Assembly (NCBI RefSeq): GCF_963506605.1 | Contig: NC_083283.1 | Span: forward strand, 67,332,001-67,396,000 | Length of the DNA: 64,000 nt | Source of the DNA: Zootoca vivipara | Taxonomy: Eukaryota | Direction of reading: 5' to 3' | Shown: positions 48,595-61,401 of the stretch, one piece after another | Position numbering within the stretch: the first letter of the stretch is position 1 | Layout: each line of letters starts with the position of its first letter | Program-made: the position numbers and the translations under genes | The notes under the pieces: generated by a model | Database searches by the model: none | Told to the model about the DNA's origin: nothing | What the model saw: only the letters and a program-made list of their open reading frames with translations

Positions 48595-50858
48595 TAGCCA
48601 CATCTCTACCTGCCCCACACCTGATGTCACATATTTCAGCTATGGGGGAAAGCTGAAGTGGTTTGGGGAAACAAGCTTCATTTTAACTCCTGGTGGAGCA
48701 AGTCTGGCTCACAGAGCCGAGGTTTCCCACCTCTGGATAGTTTGCTGAGGCTATTAGTAATTGCAACTTAGTGTGTTATTTATTATTTGTTGCGTATTAA
48801 TAAGGACAGGGTTGCTTTTATGAATTCCTTTTTATCATATTTATGTTGGGCTGTATCTACCGGTAATAAGGGCATTGTGCTTGTGCAATGGAAATTCCCC
48901 TCCTTCAAATCTGCTCTGGGAGCAGATTTAGGTGGGCACGGGAGGAGGGGAAATTCTGTTGCACGAGTGGAAGTCTTTGTGTGACCATAATGACTTCATT
49001 GGAAATAGCCCTATGCTGTAAACTGCCTCGTGGCTTGTGCAAAGGGCAGCATATAAATCACGTAAATCAACAGATAAATAAATCAAAATTCAGGGCATGG
49101 GAAGGAGACCCCAAGTGTTTCAAGTAGAGGATTTTGAGACGTCTATCAAGTGGTATGGTGAAATGTGTCCAGTCTGTGAAGATGCAGACTTTAAATGTTC
49201 AAGTGAGTCAAAGCCTAAAGCAAAAGAACAAGGCAAAATCGAAAAGATGAAAAAGATGAAAGAGCAAATGCCCAGTCCGACAGTCACAGGAAAGAAGGCC
49301 AAGCCCAGAAGAAGAAGGTAATAATAGCACCATGCCTACAGCTGCAAGAAAGAAATGGAAAGAGCCAAGCTGAAAGCTAAACCCTTGAAGCTAATGATTA
49401 GCAAAGGGGAAGCCTCAAGACACAGAATCAAGCACAGCAAGTCAGAGAGGACAGCCTGAAGATGACATCGCAAAGCTATTTCAGAAAGTCCAGAGGTTTC
49501 AACAGCCTGTAAATCACAGTTTGTGTCATCTCTATACCTAAATCTATATTTGTATCCGTTTCTATCACTCCGGCATGCCGCACGAATCAAATGGAAAGGT
49601 GATGAAGTATTTTGTACTTTAGGAAGGAGAGGGAAAACAGGAGTAGCCTGATGTGCTCTCAACAGTCCTCCCAAGTATTTGCAAGAAACCGGAAGCCGGA
49701 TCATAGAAGTGATTACATCTGTCCGAGGTTAGTTTGGTTAAATGCCTACATCAGAGGAAGAGATGGTACATAGGCTCAGCTTTTTTTTTGCTCCTCCTCT
49801 ACTCCTTAAACTATTTCCATGCAAGCTGCTCATTATTTATACACATCGAGCTGTGTAACTTTTAAGAACTGTTCCATGAGTTTGCTTGTTTCCTCTTTCC
49901 TTCCCATCCCCTTTGTCTTTTATATTGTTCCTTTTAGATTGTAGGCCTGAAGGGCAGAGAATAAATTTCATGGAACAGAATTATTGACTTGTTGTTTTTT
50001 CAGGAATAATTCAGTTAGTATCTACGGATACCTACCACAGGAACTGCAGTACACTAGGGATGCCATATCACATCTGATTTCTTTATTTTCATTTAAAGGG
50101 GTAGGGCCAAGAGGGAGGGGTGGGGGTTGAGGTGGGAGGGGCCAGGGCCCCCACTAATAGCCCATGCCCAAGGACCTCGAGAGACCTGGAGCTAGCCCTG
50201 TTCACCTGGCATATACATATAACACTTCATTTGAATAGCCCACAGTAGTATGAAAGAACAGCCCTTAAAGTTTTTGACCAGGTTGTTCAGCACCTTGGAG
50301 ACCTGTTGGGTATATCCTAACATTAAGTATACAATGTTCTCCAACTTGCCAGAATTAATCTAATTCCCCATTCAAAGCTGGCTTTGCATGACTGCAAATG
50401 TGCATCACTCATAAAAGAGAGAGAGAGAGAGAGAGAGAAACAAATTCACAAAAACGGAACACAAAGCTACAGTAAAAGCAGATTGGGAATGCTAGACAAC
50501 ACACACGAGTGGGAATTCTAGACAACACACACTAGACAACACACATTCTCCACCCCCAGAGATGGCGAGAGGATGTCTTCACCTGATGCACAGAACCTGA
50601 TTTGTTTCCCCACACCTCCAACACCCTATAGCTCCTATTCAATGAAGCTGTCACCTGTGCATATGCAACAAACATCTTCAATGTGCACACCTCAGCTTGA
50701 CTTCGGCTGATTTTTACAACTTAGATGGAAGCTGGTTTGAGGGAAAATACACTGAACAGGAGTATTTCTCAAGAAACTACAGGATACATAAGGATTATGG
50801 CTAATGTAATATGTGCTCGGCTTCAAATGCCTGGTGCAGGAATGCACTGGAGCAATGT

Positions 50859-51211
50859 TTAAAGGTAAAGGGACCCCTGACCATTAGGTCCAGTCGTGAC
50901 CGACTCTGGGGTTGTGACGCTTATCTCGCTTTATTGGCCAAGGGAGCTGGCGTACAGCTTCCAGGTCATGTGGCCAGCATGACTAAGCCACTTTTGGCGA
51001 ACCAGAGCAGTGCACGGAAATGCTGTTTACCTTCCCGCCAGAGCGGTACTTATTTATCTACTTGCACTTTGCCGTGCTTTCGAACTGCTAGGTTGGCAGG
51101 AGCAGGGACCAAGCAATGGGAGCTCACCCCGTTGTGGGGATTTGAACCGCCAACCTTCTGATCAGCAAGCCCTAGGCTCTGTGGTTTAGACCACAGCCCC
51201 ACCCGCGTCCC
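50859..51211 (-). mobile_element. Sauria SINE, full length
   Basis: TSD CTGGAGCAATGT at 50847-50858 and 51211-51222. Confidence 0.94.
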
Positions 51212-51824
51212 TGGAGCAATGTGTACCCAGTCCTAAATTATTTCTGGGAAATCTCCGCATAAAATCATGATACAGAGTACAGTGTAGGGCAGAACCAAGT
51301 CATGGGAACAGGAAAAACCCCAATAAATTAGTACCTGCACCTCAGGCCAGTCAGCCATCTTGTTGGCTTCTCTGACTTGTCTCCCATACTTCTCAATGAC
51401 TCCTGGTCACAGTTCATCCTCATACTAGGTCTAGTTCAGGCCTTCAGAAATTTAAACTCATCATACCAAAAGCATGCCAGGTGCTTATTGGCTTCCTGCA
51501 CTTCACAGTCCCAAGCATGCAGCAAAAACAGGGGCTTTATAGCAAGCCTCTGGTGGGCTGCCATAAATAGCTAGTGGATTGCCTTCAGAATGTAGGTCAT
51601 AAATTGTGCACACCTAATAGGTTCTGCTGCCCACTATATCTTGCTAATACTGGGGTCTGTTTCTCATTTCTCCTTGCATTTCTGCAATATCCAGTCCTTC
51701 AAGCTTCATTCTCCTTACACAATTTCTGAATAGAAGCATTACATGCACCAAAAAGTGCTACTAAAGAGCCAAATTCTTATCTGAATCTGGTAGGAAAGAA
51801 GCGGCCCATTGACTATGCTCTAGT

Positions 51825-51942
51825 TCCCTCACTTCTGAGGCATAAATGCTGGTTGTATCGCTTAGATGTTCAGCTGGTATATACTTGAGATAAGAAGTAT
51901 AAGCTCTTTAGTAGCACTTTTTGGTGCATGTGATGCTTCTAT
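51825..51942. repeat. Composite inverted duplication of 52853-52933 and 51730-51769
   Basis: 78/81 and 39/40 identity to the reverse complements; the two parts overlap by GCT at 51903-51905. Confidence 0.93.
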
Positions 51943-52035
51943 GTCAAAATCTGAATACTACCGTAACCTTGCCTTGAATTGACTTACAAATAACCTAACC
52001 AAACAAGCGACTCCCAATACCACTCATGTTTCTAT

Positions 52036-52127
52036 CATAGCTGTCAAGTTTCCCCTTTTCTCGCAAGGAAGCCTATTCAGCATAAGAGAATTTCCCTTAA
52101 AAAAAAATTGAGAACTTGACAGCTATG
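52036..52127. mobile_element. ~90-bp hAT MITE (same family as 14802)
   Basis: CATAGCTGTCAAGTT...AACTTGACAGCTATG; TSD GTTTCTAT at 52028-52035 and 52128-52135. Confidence 0.92.
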
Positions 52128-52393
52128 GTTTCTATTGGAATTTATATGGAAGTCACTAAAAAATTAATTAGATGATTTACAGGAATCAAGACTCTTAGGA
52201 GTTGTCAATCCCAATTGAAGGTTTTTTTTTGTTTTTGTTTTTTTGCAGTAGGACATCTTGTGGACTGCACAGAGCAAGTGGAGAAATGAGGTAGTGAGTA
52301 GGGAAAACAGAAGCAATTAAGTCCTCTCCCCACTTATATGGCTATAACCATACCATATCCTCAGAGACAATAGCAACCAACTTATACATGGTA

Positions 52394-52725
52394 CAGTGGT
52401 ACCTCGGTTTATGAACACAATTGGTTCTGTAGGTCTGTTCATAAACTGAAGCGTTCATAAACTGAAGCGACCTTTCCCATTGAAAGTAATGGAAAGTGGA
52501 TTAATACGTTCCAGATGGGTCCGCGGAGTACTCAACCTGAAGCATACTTAACCCGAAGCATGGGTGTAATTGGTTCTGGAAGTCTGTTCATAAACTGAAG
52601 CGTTCATAAACTGAAGCAAACTTTCCCATTGAAAGTAATGGAAAGTGAATTAATTCGTTCCATCCTGCGGCGTTTGTAAACCGAAAATCCGTAAACCGAG
52701 GTGTTCATAAACCGAGGTTCCACTG
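52394..52725. mobile_element. Tigger/pogo-like MITE with internal ~90-bp direct repeat
   Basis: TA|CAGTGGTACCTCGGTTTATGAACAC...GTGTTCATAAACCGAGGTTCCACTG|TA. Confidence 0.92.
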
Positions 52726-53954
52726 TATCTGAATATTACAAGGGTTCAAGGCAAGCTGTTTTAAAGTTCCTGCCTATAAATAGGCCAGGTAAGCAGCATT
52801 ATATAATCTTACTGCCTCAGATGGGCATAAACTCCCCCAAGTGACTAAGATCAGCTTATACTTCTTATCTCAAGTATATACCAGCTGAATATCTAAGTGA
52901 TACAACCAGTATTTATGCCTCAGAAGTGAGGGATGATCTTCCGGCTGAATGCATATAGAGACAGGCTTCCCAGTGCCCCCTGATTTTCTGGAATAGGATG
53001 AATAATGACAAAGGTGACCCATTCTAGGTTTAGCTGGCCAGCTGGTGCATGTATAAGGTATGAATATTATCCATTTTGCTATCTGGGTACTTTAAGCGGC
53101 TCATAAGAAACATGGGCCTCATTTTGTTTGCAGGGAACCCTTATCGTTTTAGAATCAACCCCTAAACTGAGTGTTGCTGGGGCCCAAAAAGCAGAGGTAC
53201 TTCCCAGAAACTATGCTATTAAGCACTAAAGTTCTATATTTTTATTGCTTTGTAAAGCTAATGTATTTATTATGGTAACTTGTGCCTTTCCAAATGCCCC
53301 TTAGTCCTTTGAATAGGTTTTTCTGTCTAGGAGGAATGACCAGGGAATTTCCACAACACAAGAAGAAAAAGAATTTTAAAAAGGCGACAGTTGTGTGTAG
53401 TGAGCAAACTTAAAATATGTAGCAACTCTTTGGCACAAGTGATCCTGGAGGGGTAGATTTGTTCCCGAAGTTTGTCTCAGAAGTTTTCCCCCCGCATATG
53501 TTAAGAGTTGCCTTAGGTCAATTTTAACTGAAGTATGCTGAATTTGCTCACTTTTTGAAAGGGAATTCATGCAAAAAGTTCAACTGCACTTTAGGCAGTG
53601 TTTTTGCTATACCTGAACTAATTTTTTTTTTTTTGCCAAGAAGCACTTCTTCTGAGGTGAATATCTCCAACCAAATATAACAGGTGAAACCTCCAGGGTA
53701 CACATCACTGGGTTTAATATGAGAAGAAGACAGGAACCATTCCCTCCCCCCAATTAAACAGCACAAAGCCCTCTTATTATTCTCAGTCACCTCTCACATG
53801 GAAATCATTTGACATAAATCTCAAATGATTTCCCCCCGTATCATAGCAAAGCTCTTAAATTTTAAAAATTAGGAACTGCTTTTACTTGCATTTTTATGAA
53901 TCTAATCTGTAAATCCAACTGTATTCTGTTGTGTTTTAACATTATACGACAAGA

Positions 53955-54690
53955 TTAGACATAAGGACACAAGGAGAGCCCTGCTGGATCAGGCAAAAGG
54001 CCCACTTAGTCCAGCATCCTGTTCTCACAGTGGCCAACAAAACACCTGTGGGGATACGGCAAGCATCCTGCCCACTTCTGATTCCAAGTAAATGGTAGTC
54101 AAAATCTTACTGCCTCTGGCAAGTGGAGGTAGAACAATAGCCACCACGACTAGTCTCCATGAATTTGTCTAACCTTCTCTTAAGCCCATCCAATTTGGTA
54201 ACCATCACTACAACTTGGGGGAGCAAATGGTAAAGTTTAATTATTGTCTCCATCCTAAATCTTCCAACATTCCTCTTCACCGCATGGGACCAGGTTTCAG
54301 CGCTACGAGAGAGGCGGAAAAATTGATAATCTTACATACTTCTACCCTGTCTCTCACCGTTTTTTTCCTTAAAGGCCCACAATGCTGCAGCCTTTCCCCA
54401 CAGGCGAGTTGCTCCAACCCTTTGATCATTTTGGCTGTACGTCTTTGAACATTTTCCAGCTCTACAATATCCTTTTTTGAGATGAGGCTATCCGAGCTGT
54501 ACACAGCGTTCCACATGCACAGATTTGTATGACAGCATTGTGATATGGGGCAGTTTGATTTTCAATCCATTTCTTAGCTTGATACTTAGCATGGAATTCA
54601 CCTTTTTTCATAGCTGCCACATACTGGGTAGACAGCTTTATCTAGCTATCCACTATGACCCCCAAGGTCTCATTCCTAGCCCACCACTGC
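53955..54690 (-). mobile_element. CR1 LINE 3' fragment, decayed
   Basis: Minus ORF 'KKDIVELENVQRRTAKMIKGLEQL...ERLQ'; 3' UTR related to 40735-41056. Confidence 0.82.
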
Positions 54691-54811
54691 AAGTTCAAAC
54701 CCAAATGCTTTTGGGATATGCACATTACCCTGTGGTGTTTGGGCCTCTCTGAACTGCAGTCATGTGTCCCTGCTTACTTCTACCTCTCTCCCCGTTTGAA
54801 TAATCACACAC

Positions 54812-55788
54812 TTTTCCCACACAAAAGGTGGTAAACATATACCATCAGTCCTGGAAGTGGTCCAAGCTAAACCCCTAGCACAGTTATTATATGGGGCTCA
54901 GATTTGGACAGGCACTCACCTTGGATCTACGGAAGGCAAATTTTCTCCGTACCACCCTGTGTCCCAAATGCATCATTGCGCCTAGAGGCTAATCTTTATC
55001 CTTGGTAGAATTACGGATCTGGCGTAGGACACTTAACTATTGGCTTCGCCTAAACTCAAATCCCCCCCCCCCCGGTCTAATATCCCTGGTGCTATAAGAT
55101 TGTCACATGTCACAAGAACGCCTGGACTAAAATCGTCTATCAAAAACTTCACTCTTGTAGTTTATCACCACAACAGCTACTCACTTTGGGTTTTAGTAAA
55201 GCTAACAGCCTAATTTGTCAGCGCCAAAGTGATATCGAGCGTCAGAACAACTTGGCCACAATAAGGAATTTTTGCCCATGTTTTGACTTTTCCACCTTCC
55301 CATTTTGACTCTCTGGCACCCTATCTGCATAACCTAGCAATTCTAAAATATAGAAGCGCTTTTACACTCGCAAGATTGAATGTATTGCCCTCGGCTGTAT
55401 TTGAGGGACGATTCCAACAGATCCACAAGAAAAACGCTTATGTCCCTGTGGAGATGGCAGTACCGAATTGGTGGGGCATGCCCTTCTGGCTTGCACTCTT
55501 TATAAAGACTTGGGGAATGAGATTATCACCCCACTTTTAGTGTCCATTCCAAGTCGCCCAACCACTGCCACAGTGTCCTCCCTCTTGGCAGATCAAGATG
55601 AGCAGGTGACAGCAAAGGTTGCAAGGTTTTTACTTGGGGCAATCAGAATAAGATCCACTATTTGACTATTGATTCGAAACCCTAAAATGTATTTTATATA
55701 ATTGACTTTTTAGTTCTATTCTTTGTATATCGTATTGTTGTTTTATTGCTATGGCCAATGGCTGGTGCAAAAAAAGATTCATTCATTC
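54812..55788 (+). mobile_element. 5'-truncated non-LTR retrotransposon with C-terminal CCHC knuckle (RTE-X-like)
   Basis: 'AQLLYGAQIW', 'YRSAFTLARLNVLPS...GR', CPC...HALLAC motif, (ATTC)n tail, imperfect TSD AATAATCACA(C/A)AC at ~54799 and ~55789. Confidence 0.7.
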
Positions 55789-57431
55789 AATAATCACAAA
55801 CATTCTCATCCTCAGCTTTCGTTGATGATTTGCTCCAAACCAGACATTCCTCTGTTTCTGCCCACTTTTTATTATTTTAAGTTCCAAAAGTCAGGTTCTG
55901 TCCTGGTTCAAAAGGAACCTTCCTCTTTTGTATAGCCCTGGCTTGTTCCAGAACTTACCCAATGCCTAACAAATCTAATCCCAACACCACTGCCTCACCC
56001 ACACATTGATGACCCACAGCTGTTCCCTGTGCGTGGAACTTGCAACATTTAGAGGAGGCTACCTTGAAGGCCCTGGCTTCCAACCTCCTACCTAAATTTT
56101 GCTTCCATCATCTCCTCCACATCATTGGTTCTGGCATGTACCATGAACTCATCCCCAGCACTAGCTAGATGACTATGCATGACGTCAGCAACCCTTGGGG
56201 CCAGGCAAGCAAGTCATTATGCAGTCTGCAGGTCCATCACACTCTCAGCCATCCATGCCCGTAATGACTGGATTGCTTTACCAGGACTGCCTCCACCCCT
56301 TGCCAGGAGAGTCTCCTTGGCATGGAAGCATAACTGCTTATCCCCAGAGGAATGGGTGCTTTATAAGGGATCATCTCCCTCTTCCTCAGAGTGACATCCT
56401 CATGACCCTGAAGGTTTCATACACCAACCTCTCTGCCTCTTTCAGCTCCTTCAGGTCAGTCACTCCACAAAGGAATGTACTAATTCCCTGAGGGTCAGGA
56501 GCTCATTGCATTGAGCACACACTCATATTTTGGTGAGGAAAGTGTAGAACCCTTTCTTCCCCAAGCATTGCAAGCCTATGCAGCTTACTCAGATGTAAGC
56601 CTGATTTAGTTCAATTGGGCTTACTCCCATGTGCAGGATTTAAGTTTTAGCTTGTCTTATTGTAATTCTTTCTTGCTTCCTTTATAATCTATACATGTTG
56701 AATCCCAGCAAGGACCTCCAAATTTCACTTTAGGCAAACTTAGGTGCCACCGTATCTGCCAGGTACAATTTCCTGATTTCTTTTTCTGTTAGTGCTGGAA
56801 ATCGAACCAGCCATATGAATTATTCAAGCTACTCTTCTAGCAGTGTGAAATCAGGAAGACAATCCACCTACTGTTGCAATTGTTTATTTTGAGGCATTTG
56901 AGATTATTCAACAAGAAGGGGGGATCAGGCTAGAATTTAGTTACAAAATTTTGCTAAGCCCATGGCAGCAATTGCCAGACCAGACCCTGTCACAGATCTG
57001 GAAGGCTTCATTGATGCAAGAGACATGCTTGATTGCACCATCACAGCATGCTGGTGTAGTAAGTGCATCCATGGCATGGCTTCCTACAGGGATAGAGAAC
57101 CAGTGGCTGTCCAGCTGTTGGTGGACTCTAACTCCCATTAGCCCCAACCAACATGGCCAATGGGCAGGAATGATGGAAGTTGTAGTGCAGCAACGTGACG
57201 ACAGCCACAGGTGCCTCAACCCTGCCTGGCTGAACACTGAGGAGTGGTGGCAGGATACTGATGAGAGGGCAACAGGAGAAGTGGGGTTAGAGATTGGCTT
57301 GGAATAAGGGATCAGTGATCTGGGGGAGCCTGTAACAGACAGGATATGAGAGTCAGAGGCAGTAGAAGCTGTAGGATTGGAGACCAAAGAACAGGTGCAG
57401 GTGGAGGAAAAGATAGGTCGGGCTAATGTAG

Positions 57432-57769
57432 AGTCAAGGCCTTCCCGCTGGAAAAAGTCTCCCGCTGGAAAATGTGGGATCAGCAGCAGTGCGGCACCGG
57501 AAGTCGCTTCTACGCATGTCCGGACATGTGTAGAAGCAACTTCCGGTGCCGCTCTACCCGATTTTCGCATGCGTAGATGCAACTTCCGGTGCCGCGCTAC
57601 CCATGTCTGGGCACCGGAAATCGGGCGGCGCCAGGACCCAAAATGGAGCCTCCCTGGCAGGTAGGAAATCCGGGGGATTTCCGGGAATTTTTTCAATCCG
57701 GGCTGCCAGCGGGAAACGGCTTTAAAAACAGGGGTTTCCCCGTGAAAAACGGGAGACTTGGCAGATATG
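57432..57769. mobile_element. hAT (Tip100-like) element fragment, one terminus visible
   Basis: Ends ACTTGGCAGATATG, matching the right TIR of the 14802 MITE family; subterminal CCGGG/CCCG repeats; CpG-rich. Confidence 0.65.
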
Positions 57770-57811
57770 CTCCACTGCCTCCCAGGACTAGAAAATTATT
57801 GAAGCGGGAGG

Positions 57812-57976
57812 AGCAGAAACAGGTCCTAGGTTCGACCCCAAGCATCTCCAGGTAGGGCTGGTAAATATTACCTGTCTGCAACCCCAGACATCCTCTGCCA
57901 GTCAGTGTGGACAATGCTGAGCAAGAGAGAGCAACGATCTGATTCAGTACGTATAAGGCAACTTGCCATGTTCCTA
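57812..57976 (+). mobile_element. Old tRNA-derived squamate SINE (partial)
   Basis: B box GGTTCGACCCC, body GCATCTCCAGGTAGGGCTGG, tail TATAAGGCAACTTGCCATGTTCCTA. Confidence 0.65.
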
Positions 57977-59582
57977 TGATGGCTTGAGAGGGTTCAGTAC
58001 TGACTAACTGGTAGAGAATGAAAACCAGGAGGGAGGGGAAATGGAATGCCTGGTATCCCGAAAAGGAGGACTTCAACATTTTGTTGCAGGTCCCATTTGA
58101 ATATAATAGCACAAAAGGAGCAATGCATCACACAAAACCCTTTAATATTTCATGCTAACTTATCATATTAGCTGGTCCAAGAAGACACTTCAATAGCTTA
58201 AGTAAAAATAGATGGTAATCTTGGGTATAAAATGTCCATGTTTAACATTTAAAGATGCATGTTTCTGGTCACAGTGGCCAGCAAATAAAATGGAAAGATA
58301 GAATCCTACTGTTTATCTATTTACTTCCTCCATGAAATAATGCAACCATTTTGTTCTCCTCCCATTCCAAGAAAGAGAGTCCAGTTTGTCTTCTACTGAT
58401 ATTGTCAAGTGTTATAAAGCAGAGCAATCCACCTAATCTTTTACAATTTATAAGGCAGATGGAATGACTGTGAGAGACCATTTTATATAGGACATCACAT
58501 AGTAGAAAGGCATACTCTTTACTGTGTAAACTACAGACTTCTTTCTACTCAATAAAATATCTTTATTAGGGGGGATGTTCTCTGTGGCGGGTAGAAAAAA
58601 TACGCCCAGCATGCTTCAAGAAAGGTTGAATAAAACTTTATAGACCTTTCTTATAAATGAAATCAACAATCTACACCAAGCCATCACTCACAGATTAGGG
58701 CACAGTATTGATTCTAGAATAAAAAGGTGTATTTTTTTAACTTAGGTCAGAGCTGGAAGTGTGCTGTGGCTATTTGGCAAACAGGACTAAGAAAAGTTAT
58801 GGTTTCATATCTGAAAAGTCACCATTTTCTAATTTGTTTCTCTGCCTAAAAGCTCTTTTGTCTCCTGTTTCTTCATTGCTCTTTCATACTAACCAGGTCA
58901 AGAATTCCACCCACCCACCAAGCCTCTTATCACCACATTGTGTATTACAGTTTAACATTTTGAGTGCTAGTGCATCTCTCCAAAGTAGTATAGGGAACTT
59001 GAAATGAAAATCCTAGTATTTTCCTTGCACATAAAGTTAGGCTGCTGGTAAATACAGAACTCATCACCCACAATGCAGAGACTAGTAGTATCTGCACCGA
59101 CAATAACTTATCACAATAATGAAATGCGAAGAGTAACAAGCAAATAATCAAGAGCTTTAGTGCATGGGGTTCAAAAAACTATTCCAAACATTCAATTAAT
59201 GATACCTCACCTATTTATTAATCTACACTCCATCTTTATTCTGCAAGATGAATGACATTATACACAACATATATTTTCCCAGCCACTTACTGACCAGACT
59301 CTTGATGGCAGGAAATGGGGGAAGAAGAGCAGGCGAGAGACTATACTTGCGTCTCCACCCCTCACTGCACATTGCATGCTTAATTAGGATTTAAATCCAG
59401 ATTAAACAAATGGTCACTCAACCACCATGCCTTTTGATCACTCCAGGTGGACTTGACCTGGAGCTGCCTCAGTCCACTCTGGGAAAATTCCTAGATCAAC
59501 CCAAATCAGCCAGATTCAATTTGGGATCTGGGGTTTCTCAAAAGCTGGTGCACAGTCATAGCTTTTGCAAGACTTCTACATC

Positions 59583-59715
59583 CAGGGTTGCCATATTTTA
59601 AAAAGTGAAAATCCGGACGCAAAAGTTGTTGATTTCTTAAAATTTTGCCTGGACGTTATTTTTGGTGGATGAATCCCAGATATGTCCAGGAAATTCTGGA
59701 CGTATGGCCGCCCTA
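59583..59715. mobile_element. hAT-like MITE
   Basis: CAGGGTTGCCATA...TATGGCCGCCCTA; flanking direct repeat CTACATC; internal CCGGAC-like repeats. Confidence 0.7.
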
Positions 59716-60699
59716 CTACATCACATGCCCTAGACTTTGCTCTGTGACCTAGCCATGTAACGACTCCCTAGACCTTTATAAGTATAATGGTCTATCAAAA
59801 GAGATAATTTTGAGCACAGCAGCTGGCTACTGCCTAGAAACTGAACAAACTATTCCATTATTAGGTGATTTAATATATAGTCAGTGAAAATGAAAATGTC
59901 ATGTATTTTTAAAACCTAGAGTCAAAGTGAGGAGTTCAATAAGAGCACATTTGTATGGTAATTATTGCCATAGGAAGCAAGAAAGAGTGTAAAAGATCTA
60001 TGGAAGAATGAAATGCACAGTGTTCTTGCTATTGGAATATGTAGTTTTTGTGGTTATCGCAAAGACCCTCTTTCAGTGAATTGCATAGGTGTGTTGTTGG
60101 GTAGCATCTGAAAGAACTACCGCAAACCAGATGGAAAGCTGGGATTTCGCTTCATCTGTATAGAAGTCCCTAGTAATGTCCATTCTTTAGCTCAGGGATG
60201 GAGAAACTCTCCCCTATTAAACTCATAGGAACCCCACATTCCCCTTACACTGACAGTATGAGGAAGCCTGAATTTCTATAATAAAAATATAGAAACATAA
60301 TTTGATTGCCAGTAGGCAATAAGCATCATTACACAATTATGTAATAAAACCCTTTGGCCATTTGTGGAGAGATAAATTACCTGCACTGGGTATCAAATCT
60401 TCGATGAAATAATTTGGGTTCAGGCAAAACTTTACATTTCCATGAAGCTGACACATGCATCATTAAAAAACCCCTGTAAAATTCAAATTGCGGTATACAT
60501 TTCCCTACAAAGTCTAGGCCACACAAGCCTCCTTCAGACAACATGACTACACACGTGATTGCCACAAATTCATAATAAGGTCTGAAAAGAGTACCGCCCA
60601 AGTACCAGTTGCATATTTAAGGCTTCTTCAAACAGCCAGGATGCCTGCAGACAGTTGTAGGTGGTGGGTGTGGACTCTTTTCAGACCTTACTCCCAGTA

Positions 60700-61072
60700 T
60701 GTTTCTGAGCATGATTCAAACTGTTGGTGATGACCTTTAAAGCCTTGAACAGATTTGGACCTGTATACCTGAAAGAGTGCCTCCAGTCTCATTGTTCAGC
60801 CTGGACACACTCCAAGAACCTTCTGGTGGTTCCCTCACTGTGAGAAGTGAAGCTACAGGGAACCAGGCAGAGGGCCTCCTCAGCAGTGGCACCATCCCTG
60901 TGGAAAACCCTCCCATCAAATGTCAAGGAGGTAAATAACTTTTAGAAGACATCTGAAGGCAGCCCTGTAAAGGGAAGCTTTTACTAAACTTTTATTATGT
61001 TTTTGTATTTACTGGAAGCGACCCAGAGTGGCTGGGGCAACCCAGTCAGATGGGCGGGGTACAAATAAAATA
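60700..61072 (+). mobile_element. L2 LINE 3' end
   Basis: CTGTTGGTGATGACCTTTAAAGCC... through GATGGGCGGGGTACAAATAAAA; homologous to 61525-62046. Confidence 0.85.
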
Positions 61073-61265
61073 ACGAATGCATAGAGGTTCAGCGCATGCA
61101 ATTCAACATTCCCAAAGTGGCTGTACTCCCATAGTTCTTGACTATTTGACCATGCTGGCAGGGCCTGATGGGGCTTGTAGTCCAACAACATTTGTAGGGG
61201 TCTGGATTCTTCATGCTTGGACCAGTGACAGGTGATGTGACTACAGCCCTCAGTATGGTCTAAAG

Positions 61266-61401
61266 CAGGCATCCCCAAACTCGGCCCTCCAGATGTTTTG
61301 GAACTACAACTCCCATCATCCCTAGCTAACAGGACCAGTGGTCAGGTATGATCGGAATTGTAGTCCCAAAACATCTGGAGGGCCGAGTTTGGGGGTGCCT
61401 A
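61266..61401. mobile_element. Palindromic hAT MITE
   Basis: CAGGCATCCCCAAACTCGGCCC...GGGCCGAGTTTGGGGGTGCCTA; TSD GTCTAAAG at 61258-61265 and 61402-61409. Confidence 0.92.

Noticed and set aside
52421-52662. Repeat-spacer pattern superficially like CRISPR
   Set aside because: Eukaryotic DNA, only two units, and inside a TA-flanked MITE.
56941-57696. Longest ORF (251 aa, minus strand)
   Set aside because: It runs across a hAT fragment, unique DNA and an old MITE; a chance fusion with no domain.
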